In this document: positions 8,975 through 16,752 of the stretch, piece by piece
Layout: each line of letters starts with the position of its first letter
Position numbering within the stretch: position 1 is the stretch's first letter
Assembly (NCBI GenBank): GCA_018175275.1
Contig: GCA_018175275.1_4531.1
Strand: one strand, 5' to 3'
DNA from: a phage
Length of the DNA: 64,000 bases
Program-made: the position numbers and the translations under genes
The notes under the pieces: model-generated
Told to the model about the DNA's origin: nothing
Databases searched by the model: none
Seen by the model: only the letters and a program-made list of their open reading frames with translations

Positions 8975-9612
8975 TAGGTTCAACAAAGGGAGATTTTAGA
9001 ATCTCCCGTCTTTCTGAAACCAAGATTGACAATCAAACTACTTTTGTATGTTTATGCTTGGTATGCCAAAAAGAAAGTTTAAGAACATTGTCCAGTCTGA
9101 AAAGATCAAAGAGTCCGAAATGCATGTATTGTAGTAAGGGCGATGGCCTATCTAATAAGGAACGATATACTTACGAAAGTTATCGTAATATGCTACAAAG
9201 GTGTTATAATGAAAATTGTGAGCACTATGATAGATACGGTGGACGAGGAATTACTGTTTGTGATGATTGGAAGAAATCATTTAACACTTTCTTGAAAGAC
9301 ATGGGTAAGCGACCTAAAAACCATAGTTTAGATCGTGTAAATGTTGATCTTGGTTACAGTAAAGAGAATTGCAGATGGACAACACAAAGTGAACAGATTC
9401 GAAACAGAGGTAAAACAAAAAGCAAGTATTCAAATTTTAGGGGAGTCTCCTATGACAAAGCTAAAAATAAATGGCTGGCTTTTATTTGTTTCGATAAGAA
9501 AACAAAATATTTAGGAAGATATACTACAGAGTTGGAAGCGGCTGAAGCTTACAATCTCGAAGCATTAGAGTTAGGTATGTCTAACTATTTTTTAAATACC
9601 CGTTTTAAATAG
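8971..9612 (+). CDS. HNH homing endonuclease with AP2-like DNA-binding domain
   Basis: SLDRVNVDLGYSKENCRWTT (HNH_3-like) followed by FRGVSYDKAKNKWLAFI...YLGRYTTELEAAEAYN (AP2-like). Confidence 0.65.
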   Translation: MIGSTKGDFRISRLSETKIDNQTTFVCLCLVCQKESLRTLSSLKRSKSPKCMYCSKGDGLSNKERYTYESYRNMLQRCYNENCEHYDRYGGRGITVCDDWKKSFNTFLKDMGKRPKNHSLDRVNVDLGYSKENCRWTTQSEQIRNRGKTKSKYSNFRGVSYDKAKNKWLAFICFDKKTKYLGRYTTELEAAEAYNLEALELGMSNYFLNTRFK

Positions 9613-9620
9613 GAGGAAAC

Positions 9621-10499
9621 ATGTTTGTAAAATCTTTTAAATCCGCTCTGCCTATGGTTGTTGGTGACAATGCTTCTGTAGCATCCCTTAACAGCATTAC
9701 AGATATTCCTCTGGAATTTGTAACAGCAGAAGGCTCCCAGTCACACACTATCGGTCTTGTTCGTTTCGAAGATGACTCTAAATTTGTAAAAGAGTTTTCA
9801 GATCTTGAACTGCTTAATGTAGGTCAATCTGTGAAGAAGGTAGATAAAAAGAAAGTTAAACGTATTCTGAATGAACGTCTAGAAGAAATGCGTCAGGACA
9901 TGGAGAGCGAAGGTAAAGAGTTTTATGTCGATAAAGAAGTAGTCAAAGCAATGAAAGAAGATATTGAATTTGCACTATTGCCTGAAACAGAACCTGAAGA
10001 TTTCTTTAACTATGTTGTCTTGGATAAAACTACGAATCTTCTTTATGTTCTTAATGGAAGTAAAAAGGTTGCAGAAGAGATTACTTCTTTCCTCCGTTCC
10101 GTTCTGGGGACTTTCCCTTCGGTAGGTTTTAGTGTGCACGAAGAAGCTATTGTAAAAGGTTTTGGTGAATTGCTGGAGAATCACGAAGCAGATCGTATTA
10201 CTCTCGGAAATTATATCAAAATGGAGGATAGCGAGGGCGTTGTTGTTTGGAGTAAAGAATCCCTATACGAGTCTAAAGCTGTCGAACTAAAAGAAGATGG
10301 TAAAGATGTTGTTGCAATCGGTCTTGAATATGACGGTGTTGTAGATTTTGTAGTGGATAAAGAGTTTAAACTTTCTAAACTACGTTTTCCGAAATATTTT
10401 GCAGACGAAGAAGGTAGTATTGAAGCTTCAGTCCTTCTGTGCTTCAATGAGATTCGAGGTCTGATGGAAGATTTAACCAAAGCAACAATCCTTAAATAA
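9621..10499 (+). CDS. RdgC-like recombination-associated protein
   Basis: 292 aa; segments YVLNGSKKVAEEITSFLRSVLG and KEFKLSKLRF resemble E. coli RdgC as recalled; AGGAGG upstream. Confidence 0.45.
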   Translation: MFVKSFKSALPMVVGDNASVASLNSITDIPLEFVTAEGSQSHTIGLVRFEDDSKFVKEFSDLELLNVGQSVKKVDKKKVKRILNERLEEMRQDMESEGKEFYVDKEVVKAMKEDIEFALLPETEPEDFFNYVVLDKTTNLLYVLNGSKKVAEEITSFLRSVLGTFPSVGFSVHEEAIVKGFGELLENHEADRITLGNYIKMEDSEGVVVWSKESLYESKAVELKEDGKDVVAIGLEYDGVVDFVVDKEFKLSKLRFPKYFADEEGSIEASVLLCFNEIRGLMEDLTKATILK

Positions 10500-10503
10500 G
10501 TTC

Positions 10504-10532
10504 TTGACTTGCGGGATTAGTTATGATATTAT
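10504..10532 (+). promoter_or_regulatory. sigma70-type promoter
   Basis: TTGACT-17 bp-TATTAT. Confidence 0.45.
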
Positions 10533-10566
10533 GCCTACCTACCTACTTAATGAGGTAGGCTTTTTA
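10533..10566 (+). terminator. rho-independent terminator overlapping promoter
   Basis: GCCTACC...GGTAGGC stem followed by TTTTT. Confidence 0.5.
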
Positions 10567-10575
10567 GGAGGCGTT

Positions 10576-10785
10576 ATGAAAAAGATTCTGACAGTCGTTC
10601 TTTTAGCTTTTAGTTTCACAGTAGCAGCAGGTCAAATTACTTTAATCTTGTCTGATTCTGAAGTTAATGGCAACACAAAATATTGCTACTATTCTAACGC
10701 TAACCAAGATGAAGTTATAGCAATCCCGAAAAGTCGTCAATGTCCGTATACTAAAACATTCTCAACAGAGGATGACGATGAATAA
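10576..10785 (+). CDS. small secreted protein
   Basis: Internal ATG of track ORF 10504..10785 with TTAGGAGG upstream; signal-peptide-like MKKILTVVLLAFSFTVAAG; two Cys. Confidence 0.55.
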   Translation: MKKILTVVLLAFSFTVAAGQITLILSDSEVNGNTKYCYYSNANQDEVIAIPKSRQCPYTKTFSTEDDDE

Positions 10786-10797
10786 TTAGGGGGAAAT

Positions 10798-11916
10798 ATT
10801 AGCGGTTATATTTTAATTAAACCTGAAGATCTTCATTTATATGTCAACGAAGAAACAATAGCTGCAATTGATTATGATCAGATCGCTTTCCAAGCAGCGT
10901 CTGCATTAGAGAAAAGAACAATCATTGCGAAGCACATCCCTTCAGGTGCTCAAAAGGAATTTAAAAATAAGACAGAGTTTTGGGGTAAAAGCAAGACTAA
11001 AATTGGAGGTTGGCTAGGAGACACAAATGCAGAAAGAGCCTCCAAAAACAAACGTCCCTTCACAAAGGAAGAGTTCGAAATTATTGATAAGCAATACCCG
11101 CCAGAAGATATCGGACACACCTTCCAAGCAGCTAAAACAAAAGTCTTAGGTATTCTAAAACATCTACGTTTAGAAAAATATTGCGGAGTTATTGGCGTAG
11201 GAAAAACTTTCAGACACGCCTTCAAAATGCCTGTAGAATATAAATCTGAACGATTAGATATCAAACCACTTCAGCTTTCAGAAACCAAAGATTATCTTGT
11301 GGAGTTTCACAATGGTGATGTTGTTACTGTAATAGAAGCTGATGATGAGTTAGAGAAGTATGGTTTCCAAGGTTATAAAGATTATAAAAGGACGGGTAAA
11401 TTTTCTTATATCGTAGTGTCTATAGATAAAGATAGTTTACATACTCCTAGTATCCTTTTTAATTTCTACAAAGAGGATGGAGTATTTAAAAATCCAGATA
11501 TAATTCTTATTGACGAGTCTATTGGCGATATATGGATCGTAGATAAAGGTAAAAAGAAAGAAGTTAAAGGTTGGGGCAGTTACTGGTTAGCATATCAGAT
11601 GCTAATGGGAGATAAAACAGATAGTATCCGACCTTATCAAGATTTTGATATTAAGTTCGGAGATATTACTTGTTTTAATCTTCTTTCAGCTTGTAAAACT
11701 CAAGCAGAACTTTTCCAAACAGTTAAAGATACTTACTACTCATGGTTCCCAGATGGTGTTAATTTTACTTCTTGGGATGGAGAAGAAGTCCATATGACAA
11801 CAGATGAATGGATAGAAACAATTTTCCAGTTGGTATACATGAAACGCTGGGATAATGACGATACAACATTTGAGAGTATGCTTCAGTCATACATCTCGCA
11901 ACAGGAGGCAGAGTGA
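10798..11916 (+). CDS. rnh: RNase H / 5'-3' exonuclease (FEN family), start codon unresolved
   Basis: IAAIDYDQIAF, IEADDEL and LMGDKTDSI resemble T4 RNase H motifs as recalled; frame open from 10786 with no ATG/GTG/TTG until 11227. Confidence 0.55.
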   Translation: MSGYILIKPEDLHLYVNEETIAAIDYDQIAFQAASALEKRTIIAKHIPSGAQKEFKNKTEFWGKSKTKIGGWLGDTNAERASKNKRPFTKEEFEIIDKQYPPEDIGHTFQAAKTKVLGILKHLRLEKYCGVIGVGKTFRHAFKMPVEYKSERLDIKPLQLSETKDYLVEFHNGDVVTVIEADDELEKYGFQGYKDYKRTGKFSYIVVSIDKDSLHTPSILFNFYKEDGVFKNPDIILIDESIGDIWIVDKGKKKEVKGWGSYWLAYQMLMGDKTDSIRPYQDFDIKFGDITCFNLLSACKTQAELFQTVKDTYYSWFPDGVNFTSWDGEEVHMTTDEWIETIFQLVYMKRWDNDDTTFESMLQSYISQQEAE

Positions 11917-12872
11917 GCAGATTAACAGAAGAGCAGAAAGCAGATATCCTTAGTATGAGTGCAGAGGGTATGTCTTCTCGCAATATTGCAGCAATTGTTT
12001 TAGGTAGTCCAACAAGAAAAAGCACAGTGAACGATTTCCTTGCACGATTCGGAGCAAGTAAACAAGAGCCAGTTAAAAAGAAACAACCAGTTATTAAAAT
12101 TATTGATGTTGAAACTGCACCAGAGATTGCATATACTTTCCGTCGATTCAAAGCCTTCATTTCTCCAGATCAAGTAATTCGTAGGGGTTATTTGTTATCT
12201 TACTCTTCTGCCGACCTGCATACTGGTGAAGTGGAAGGTAAGAATTTGTCTTCTTATCCTCTTTTTGATATTGATCATACAGATGATTGGGAGCTTTGCC
12301 AAGATCTTTGGAACCTTCTGAATGAGGCAGATGTAGTTGTGGCACACAACGGGTATAAGTTTGACCGTGCATACATTAACCAACGATTTGCATATCACGA
12401 TATGGCTCCTCCTTCTAATTATGTAGTTGTTGATACATTGAAGGCAGCTAAGAAACAATTTGCACTTCCTTCCAACTCCCTTAAAGAAATGGGAGCATAT
12501 TTCGAAACAGAAAGTGAAAAACTGGATAACGAGGGGTTCCCTTTATGGAAAGCATGTTGTGAAGGTGATCGTGATGCTTTTGAACGTATGCAGATTTACA
12601 ATGATGGTGATGTTGTTTCACTCCGTGATTTGTATATGAAAATCCTTCCGTGGATTCCACAGCATCCTAACTTATCCGCTTATTACCCAGATGAGAAGGT
12701 CCGTTGTTCTCGTTGTGGCAGTGATCACGTTCACGTTGTTACTGGTAAACAATACCACACTGCGGTAAGTTCTTTCGATATCATTCGTTGTGAATCTTGC
12801 GGCGGTTTGTCACGTAGTAGAGCAAACACCAGATCCAAGGATAAACGAGCAGCAACTATCATTGGAATCTAA
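11913..12872 (+). CDS. DEDD-family 3'-5' exonuclease with N-terminal HTH and C-terminal zinc ribbon
   Basis: Exo motifs IIDVETAP, VAHNGYKFD, YNDGD; CSRCG...CESCGG; GTG start after AGGAGG. Confidence 0.6.
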   Translation: MSRLTEEQKADILSMSAEGMSSRNIAAIVLGSPTRKSTVNDFLARFGASKQEPVKKKQPVIKIIDVETAPEIAYTFRRFKAFISPDQVIRRGYLLSYSSADLHTGEVEGKNLSSYPLFDIDHTDDWELCQDLWNLLNEADVVVAHNGYKFDRAYINQRFAYHDMAPPSNYVVVDTLKAAKKQFALPSNSLKEMGAYFETESEKLDNEGFPLWKACCEGDRDAFERMQIYNDGDVVSLRDLYMKILPWIPQHPNLSAYYPDEKVRCSRCGSDHVHVVTGKQYHTAVSSFDIIRCESCGGLSRSRANTRSKDKRAATIIGI

Positions 12873-12876
12873 TAAT

Positions 12877-12902
12877 CAGGGAGCTTATTGCTCCCTTTTT
12901 TA
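12877..12902 (+). terminator. rho-independent terminator
   Basis: GGGAGC-TTATT-GCTCCC followed by TTTTTT. Confidence 0.6.
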
Positions 12903-12931
12903 TTGACAAAAATTTTATATTAGTGTATACT
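12903..12931 (+). promoter_or_regulatory. sigma70-type early promoter
   Basis: TTGACA-17 bp-TATACT. Confidence 0.6.
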
Positions 12932-12958
12932 CTGCTAACCACAATAAAAGGAGGAAAT

Positions 12959-13186
12959 ATGAGCATTACATTAACAGGTAACGAAATTTTCGAACTGTTT
13001 GAAATGTTAGGTTTGAACTATACCATCGAGAAAGACCCAGATTTACTTGATGTTGAAATAACAATTCAAGAAGATACAGCAATCTACAATAATGATGGTG
13101 ATGTTATCTATCAAGGTAGGGTAGCTTATTATACAGACTACCCAGAAGAAGGCGCAGTAGGAATTCAGGAGGAAAATTATGTCTAA
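12959..13186 (+). CDS. hypothetical protein
   Basis: Internal ATG of track ORF 12923..13186; AAAGGAGG upstream. Confidence 0.55.
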   Translation: MSITLTGNEIFELFEMLGLNYTIEKDPDLLDVEITIQEDTAIYNNDGDVIYQGRVAYYTDYPEEGAVGIQEENYV

Positions 13187-13580
13187 TGCTTTTGATAATC
13201 AGGTTGACGGTGATCACTACACAAAAATGGCAATGCAACCTATTGAACTAGCTTATTTGGTTGGTGGCACACCTTGTTTTTGCAAATTGGCAAAATATGC
13301 AACACGTATTAAAGGTGAACGTCAGATTAACCTAGATAAAGCTATTCATTGTATTGAACTAGAAAGAACCCTTATGCAAAATAACACGTATATGGTTCGT
13401 GAAAATTATCCATCTATGACAAATGCAGCTAAACATGATCAAGCTATGCTTCTTATTGATTTCTTCACAAAAGATCCTTTAATCCGAGTGGCACTGAAAC
13501 ACATGTATAACTCTTCTTATGTAGATGCAATCGAAGCTATTAAACAACTTAAGGAACGTATTAGTGGCGAGCAATACTAA
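13179..13580 (+). CDS. hypothetical protein
   Basis: 133-aa ORF; CAGGAGG upstream. Confidence 0.55.
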   Translation: MSNAFDNQVDGDHYTKMAMQPIELAYLVGGTPCFCKLAKYATRIKGERQINLDKAIHCIELERTLMQNNTYMVRENYPSMTNAAKHDQAMLLIDFFTKDPLIRVALKHMYNSSYVDAIEAIKQLKERISGEQY

Positions 13581-13658
13581 ACAATATGGAGCAGGAGAAG
13601 TTTATAAAATATTCAACCGAAAAGGTGATAAACTTTTACTAACTTTGACTATTCCAGA

Positions 13659-13688
13659 AACAATGTGCAAGGCGGGGTTAGACCGCCT
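13659..13688 (+). terminator. rho-independent terminator
   Basis: GGCGG-GGTTAGA-CCGCC followed by TTTTGTTTTTT. Confidence 0.55.
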
Positions 13689-13747
13689 TTTGTTTTTTAA
13701 ACACAATATCCCACCAGGGGAATATACAGCTAAAAAGGTGAGCAATA

Positions 13748-14323
13748 TTGGCAGGTGAACCAAAAATAATGTGGGGTGAAGGAACACCCTGGAAAACACA
13801 AGCGGAATTTTATACTTATCTTAGAGGATGTTTTAGAAAAGCATGGATGAGACACCCTAATAAAATTAAGGTTATCAATGCAAGGCGTTTTAAAGTTGAT
13901 CGCGTAGATAAAGACGGCAATGTGATGATAGACAAGAAAACTGGAAAACCAAAACAAGTTTGGAATTGTGAGTGCGAAATATGTGGACATAGAGGAGGAA
14001 TGAAAGACTTCCAAGTGGATCATATTCACGCAGCAAAACAACTTCAATGTTTTGATGATATTCCTCTTTTTGTTTTCCGTTTAATCTATGTGAAAGAAGA
14101 AGATTTGCGAATGGTTTGTAAATTGTGCAACTCTATTCTTGCTTATGCAGACAAGCAAGGCATATCTTTTGAAGAAGCGAAAGCTGAAAAAGAAGCAATA
14201 GCTTTGTGTAGAGCTAAGAAAGATAAAGCTTGGTTGAAGAAGCGTAAAATAGAACCTGAAAGCACAGTAGCAAAACGCCGTAAACAAATAGTCAAAATCC
14301 TATTGCAGGAAATTGAAAGTTAG
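13748..14323 (+). CDS. HNH endonuclease (free-standing)
   Basis: CECEICGHRGGMKDFQVDHIH HNH motif plus CKLC; TTG start after AAAGGTGAG. Confidence 0.6.
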   Translation: MAGEPKIMWGEGTPWKTQAEFYTYLRGCFRKAWMRHPNKIKVINARRFKVDRVDKDGNVMIDKKTGKPKQVWNCECEICGHRGGMKDFQVDHIHAAKQLQCFDDIPLFVFRLIYVKEEDLRMVCKLCNSILAYADKQGISFEEAKAEKEAIALCRAKKDKAWLKKRKIEPESTVAKRRKQIVKILLQEIES

Positions 14324-14359
14324 TATAAGATAACTATACTGAAAGAGAGAGGAGGTTTT

Positions 14360-14968
14360 ATGCAGATAGTATGTGATTGGGATTTAGTTGTGGCTCCATT
14401 AGATGTTGCTTGGTTAGAATGGTTGAATAAGATTAGTGGACTTGGTGTTAAGATAGACACATTCACAAAAAATGCAGACTATGATCTTACCAACTACTTT
14501 CCTGGTTTCAGGGAGGAGTTCAATATAGATCCTTACGGATTTCTGGATAATCCTCATCTCTATGATACAATGGGTTTTGTTCCAGGTATGCCAGATTTCT
14601 TAAAGTATGTTTCAAGGAAAGGTAGCAATCTTTTGATCGCAAGTGTGACAAAAGGTGGTCACTTAAGTTCTAAACATAAGCATGTTTTAAGAACGTTAGA
14701 TACGATTGATTTTAGCAAAGGATCTGGTAACGGCTTTTTTGCTACGAAAGAAAAATACTTATTGCCTTGTGATATAGCAATAGATGACAGGGCTGATAAC
14801 CTACTATATTTTCCAGATGAAGTGGTTAAAATATATTTTAATACGCCTTATAAAGATAACCATCTAGAAGAACTAAAGAAAAAACCAAATGTTGTGATCA
14901 CAGGTTTAGAAGATCAGTGGCTAACATGTTTGGATGTTTTTAACACTTTGAACAATTTTAAAAACTAA
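14360..14968 (+). CDS. HAD-type 5'(3')-deoxyribonucleotidase-like protein
   Basis: N-terminal CDWDLVV (DxD) and later IAIDDRADN; GAGGAGG upstream. Confidence 0.5.
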   Translation: MQIVCDWDLVVAPLDVAWLEWLNKISGLGVKIDTFTKNADYDLTNYFPGFREEFNIDPYGFLDNPHLYDTMGFVPGMPDFLKYVSRKGSNLLIASVTKGGHLSSKHKHVLRTLDTIDFSKGSGNGFFATKEKYLLPCDIAIDDRADNLLYFPDEVVKIYFNTPYKDNHLEELKKKPNVVITGLEDQWLTCLDVFNTLNNFKN

Positions 14969-14977
14969 GGAGAAAAA

Positions 14978-15976
14978 ATGACAAAACAGATTTCGGCTAG
15001 TATTATTGCGCATTCCATCACTGAAGACGGAAAAGAGATTGTAACTTTTGAACTGGAATATCCACGTATTATTCATTCAGAACTGATGACTCACCGCCTG
15101 TTCAGTCGTAATGCTGCTTCTAGCCGTGCTATACCTGTTAAAACACTGATTGAAATGGTGCGAAATCAACCTGCTCGTCCTTATCGTTTTGGGGCTAACC
15201 AACCTGGTATGCAGGATAAAGGTGTTGATCATGACGCTCTTATTGATGCAGGTTATACTGCTCAAGAGTGGTGGGATCTTGCCGCGCTTAGTGCAGCACG
15301 TTTTGCAGAAGAATTCTCTTTGGCAGGGTACCACAAACAAGTTGCAAACCGTCTTCTGGAACCTTTCCAACGAATTAAAACAGTTCTGACAGCAACAGAA
15401 TATGAAAATTTCTGGTGGCTACGTGATGACAAAGAAGCCGATCCTACTATCGAAGCTTTGGCTAAAGAGATGCACAAAGAGTATGAAGAATCTACACCAG
15501 AAGTGCTGAAACCAGGGCAATGGCACACACCTTATGTAGACCATTTCTATGATAATATTGGCACAGAAGGTGACGATCATTTTGTTTTTGGTGGATACTA
15601 CGTTCAAGATGAATCTGGAGAAGTTGTTGTGCTTACTTTGGAAGAAGCCAAAGCTATTTCAGCTTCGTGTTGTGCACAGGTTAGCTATCGTCGTTTAAAT
15701 GCAACTAAAGATAAAGCTTTAGATATCTATGGTCGTTTGCTGACTGGGCGTAAGGTTCATGCTTCTCCGTTTGAACATCAAGCTACTCCAATGCAAGAAA
15801 CATGCGAACAATACGGAGAGAACTGTTTTGAAGATTTGTTTATCAATGCTCCTTGGGATTTTAACTCTTGGGAACCAGGTATTACCCATGTAGATCGTAA
15901 TGGTAAGTTTTGGTCTGGCAATTTCAAAGGTTGGATTCAACATCGTCAACTTTTAACAAATCATACTAAATGGTGA
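14978..15976 (+). CDS. thyX: flavin-dependent thymidylate synthase
   Basis: ThyX signature spacing HR-x2-S-x-N-x2-S-x-R present as THRLFSRNAASSR; AAGGAGA upstream. Confidence 0.75.
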   Translation: MTKQISASIIAHSITEDGKEIVTFELEYPRIIHSELMTHRLFSRNAASSRAIPVKTLIEMVRNQPARPYRFGANQPGMQDKGVDHDALIDAGYTAQEWWDLAALSAARFAEEFSLAGYHKQVANRLLEPFQRIKTVLTATEYENFWWLRDDKEADPTIEALAKEMHKEYEESTPEVLKPGQWHTPYVDHFYDNIGTEGDDHFVFGGYYVQDESGEVVVLTLEEAKAISASCCAQVSYRRLNATKDKALDIYGRLLTGRKVHASPFEHQATPMQETCEQYGENCFEDLFINAPWDFNSWEPGITHVDRNGKFWSGNFKGWIQHRQLLTNHTKW

Positions 15977-15991
15977 TCTGTTTAAATAGTT

Positions 15992-16019
15992 ATTGACTTT
16001 AGTATTAGTTTTAGTATAA
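15992..16019 (+). promoter_or_regulatory. sigma70-type early promoter
   Basis: TTGACT-16 bp-TATAAT. Confidence 0.55.
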
Positions 16020-16033
16020 TATAGCACAATACT

Positions 16034-16053
16034 GGGAGGAGGTGAGTCCTCCC
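16034..16053 (+). promoter_or_regulatory. 5'-UTR stem-loop
   Basis: GGGAGGA-GGTGAG-TCCTCCC, about 15 nt downstream of the -10. Confidence 0.4.
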
Positions 16054-16074
16054 ATTCAAAACGAAGGAGAAAAT

Positions 16075-16485
16075 ATGTCATTAGTAAATACTACAACTTG
16101 GGCTACCGTAAGCATGTCTACTGTAATGTCTACCCCTATCTGGAAACTAGAATCAAATAAACACAATGGCAATATCCCACACGAGAAACAAAATGCTGTT
16201 ATTAGAGCGTCGCTTGTAATGCTGGGTATGGCTGAAGATTCACACTATTCTGTTGAGCGTAATGTGAATATCCGAAGCAATAACGATAAGCGAGTAGTGT
16301 TTGCAAATACAACGCTTTTCACTTTCCCTGTTTCACCTAATTGTGGTTTTAAACGAATCTATCAAGAAAATGATATTTTTCATTTTGGTGATGAAGAATT
16401 TACAGGTTGGGGTGCGTCACATATTAAGATGGATGATTTCGGTAACTCTTATGATCCTGCGAAAGCAGATGATACTAATCAATGA
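16075..16485 (+). CDS. hypothetical protein
   Basis: Internal ATG of track ORF 16042..16485 with AAGGAGA upstream. Confidence 0.55.
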   Translation: MSLVNTTTWATVSMSTVMSTPIWKLESNKHNGNIPHEKQNAVIRASLVMLGMAEDSHYSVERNVNIRSNNDKRVVFANTTLFTFPVSPNCGFKRIYQENDIFHFGDEEFTGWGASHIKMDDFGNSYDPAKADDTNQ

Positions 16486-16736
16486 GAGGGACAATGACTG
16501 ATAATAAATATGAAGGCTGTGAAATCGAAGTCTATTTTGATGAAACTATTGGTTGTAATGTAACTGTAATTCTAGACACTTCAAAACGTTTATCTCCTAA
16601 AAGACAAGAAGCAGATCGTCGAGCAAAAGCAAAAGGGTTTGATGACATAACTCATTTTGAAGGTTTTCTATATGCTAATGGACTTTTTAATGAAATGAAG
16701 TTCGGTTATGATGTAGATGTTTTGAATATGCATTAA
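16482..16736 (+). CDS. hypothetical protein
   Basis: 84-aa ORF; ATGA overlap; alternative ATG 12 nt downstream. Confidence 0.5.
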   Translation: MRGTMTDNKYEGCEIEVYFDETIGCNVTVILDTSKRLSPKRQEADRRAKAKGFDDITHFEGFLYANGLFNEMKFGYDVDVLNMH

Positions 16737-16752
16737 TAATAGGGAGGAGAAG

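Noticed and set aside
13525-13758. Track ORF 13525..13758 (77 aa) between two genes
   Set aside because: It overlaps the 3' end of 13179..13580, has no in-frame start with an SD after that gene's stop, and spans a rho-independent terminator (13659-13688).
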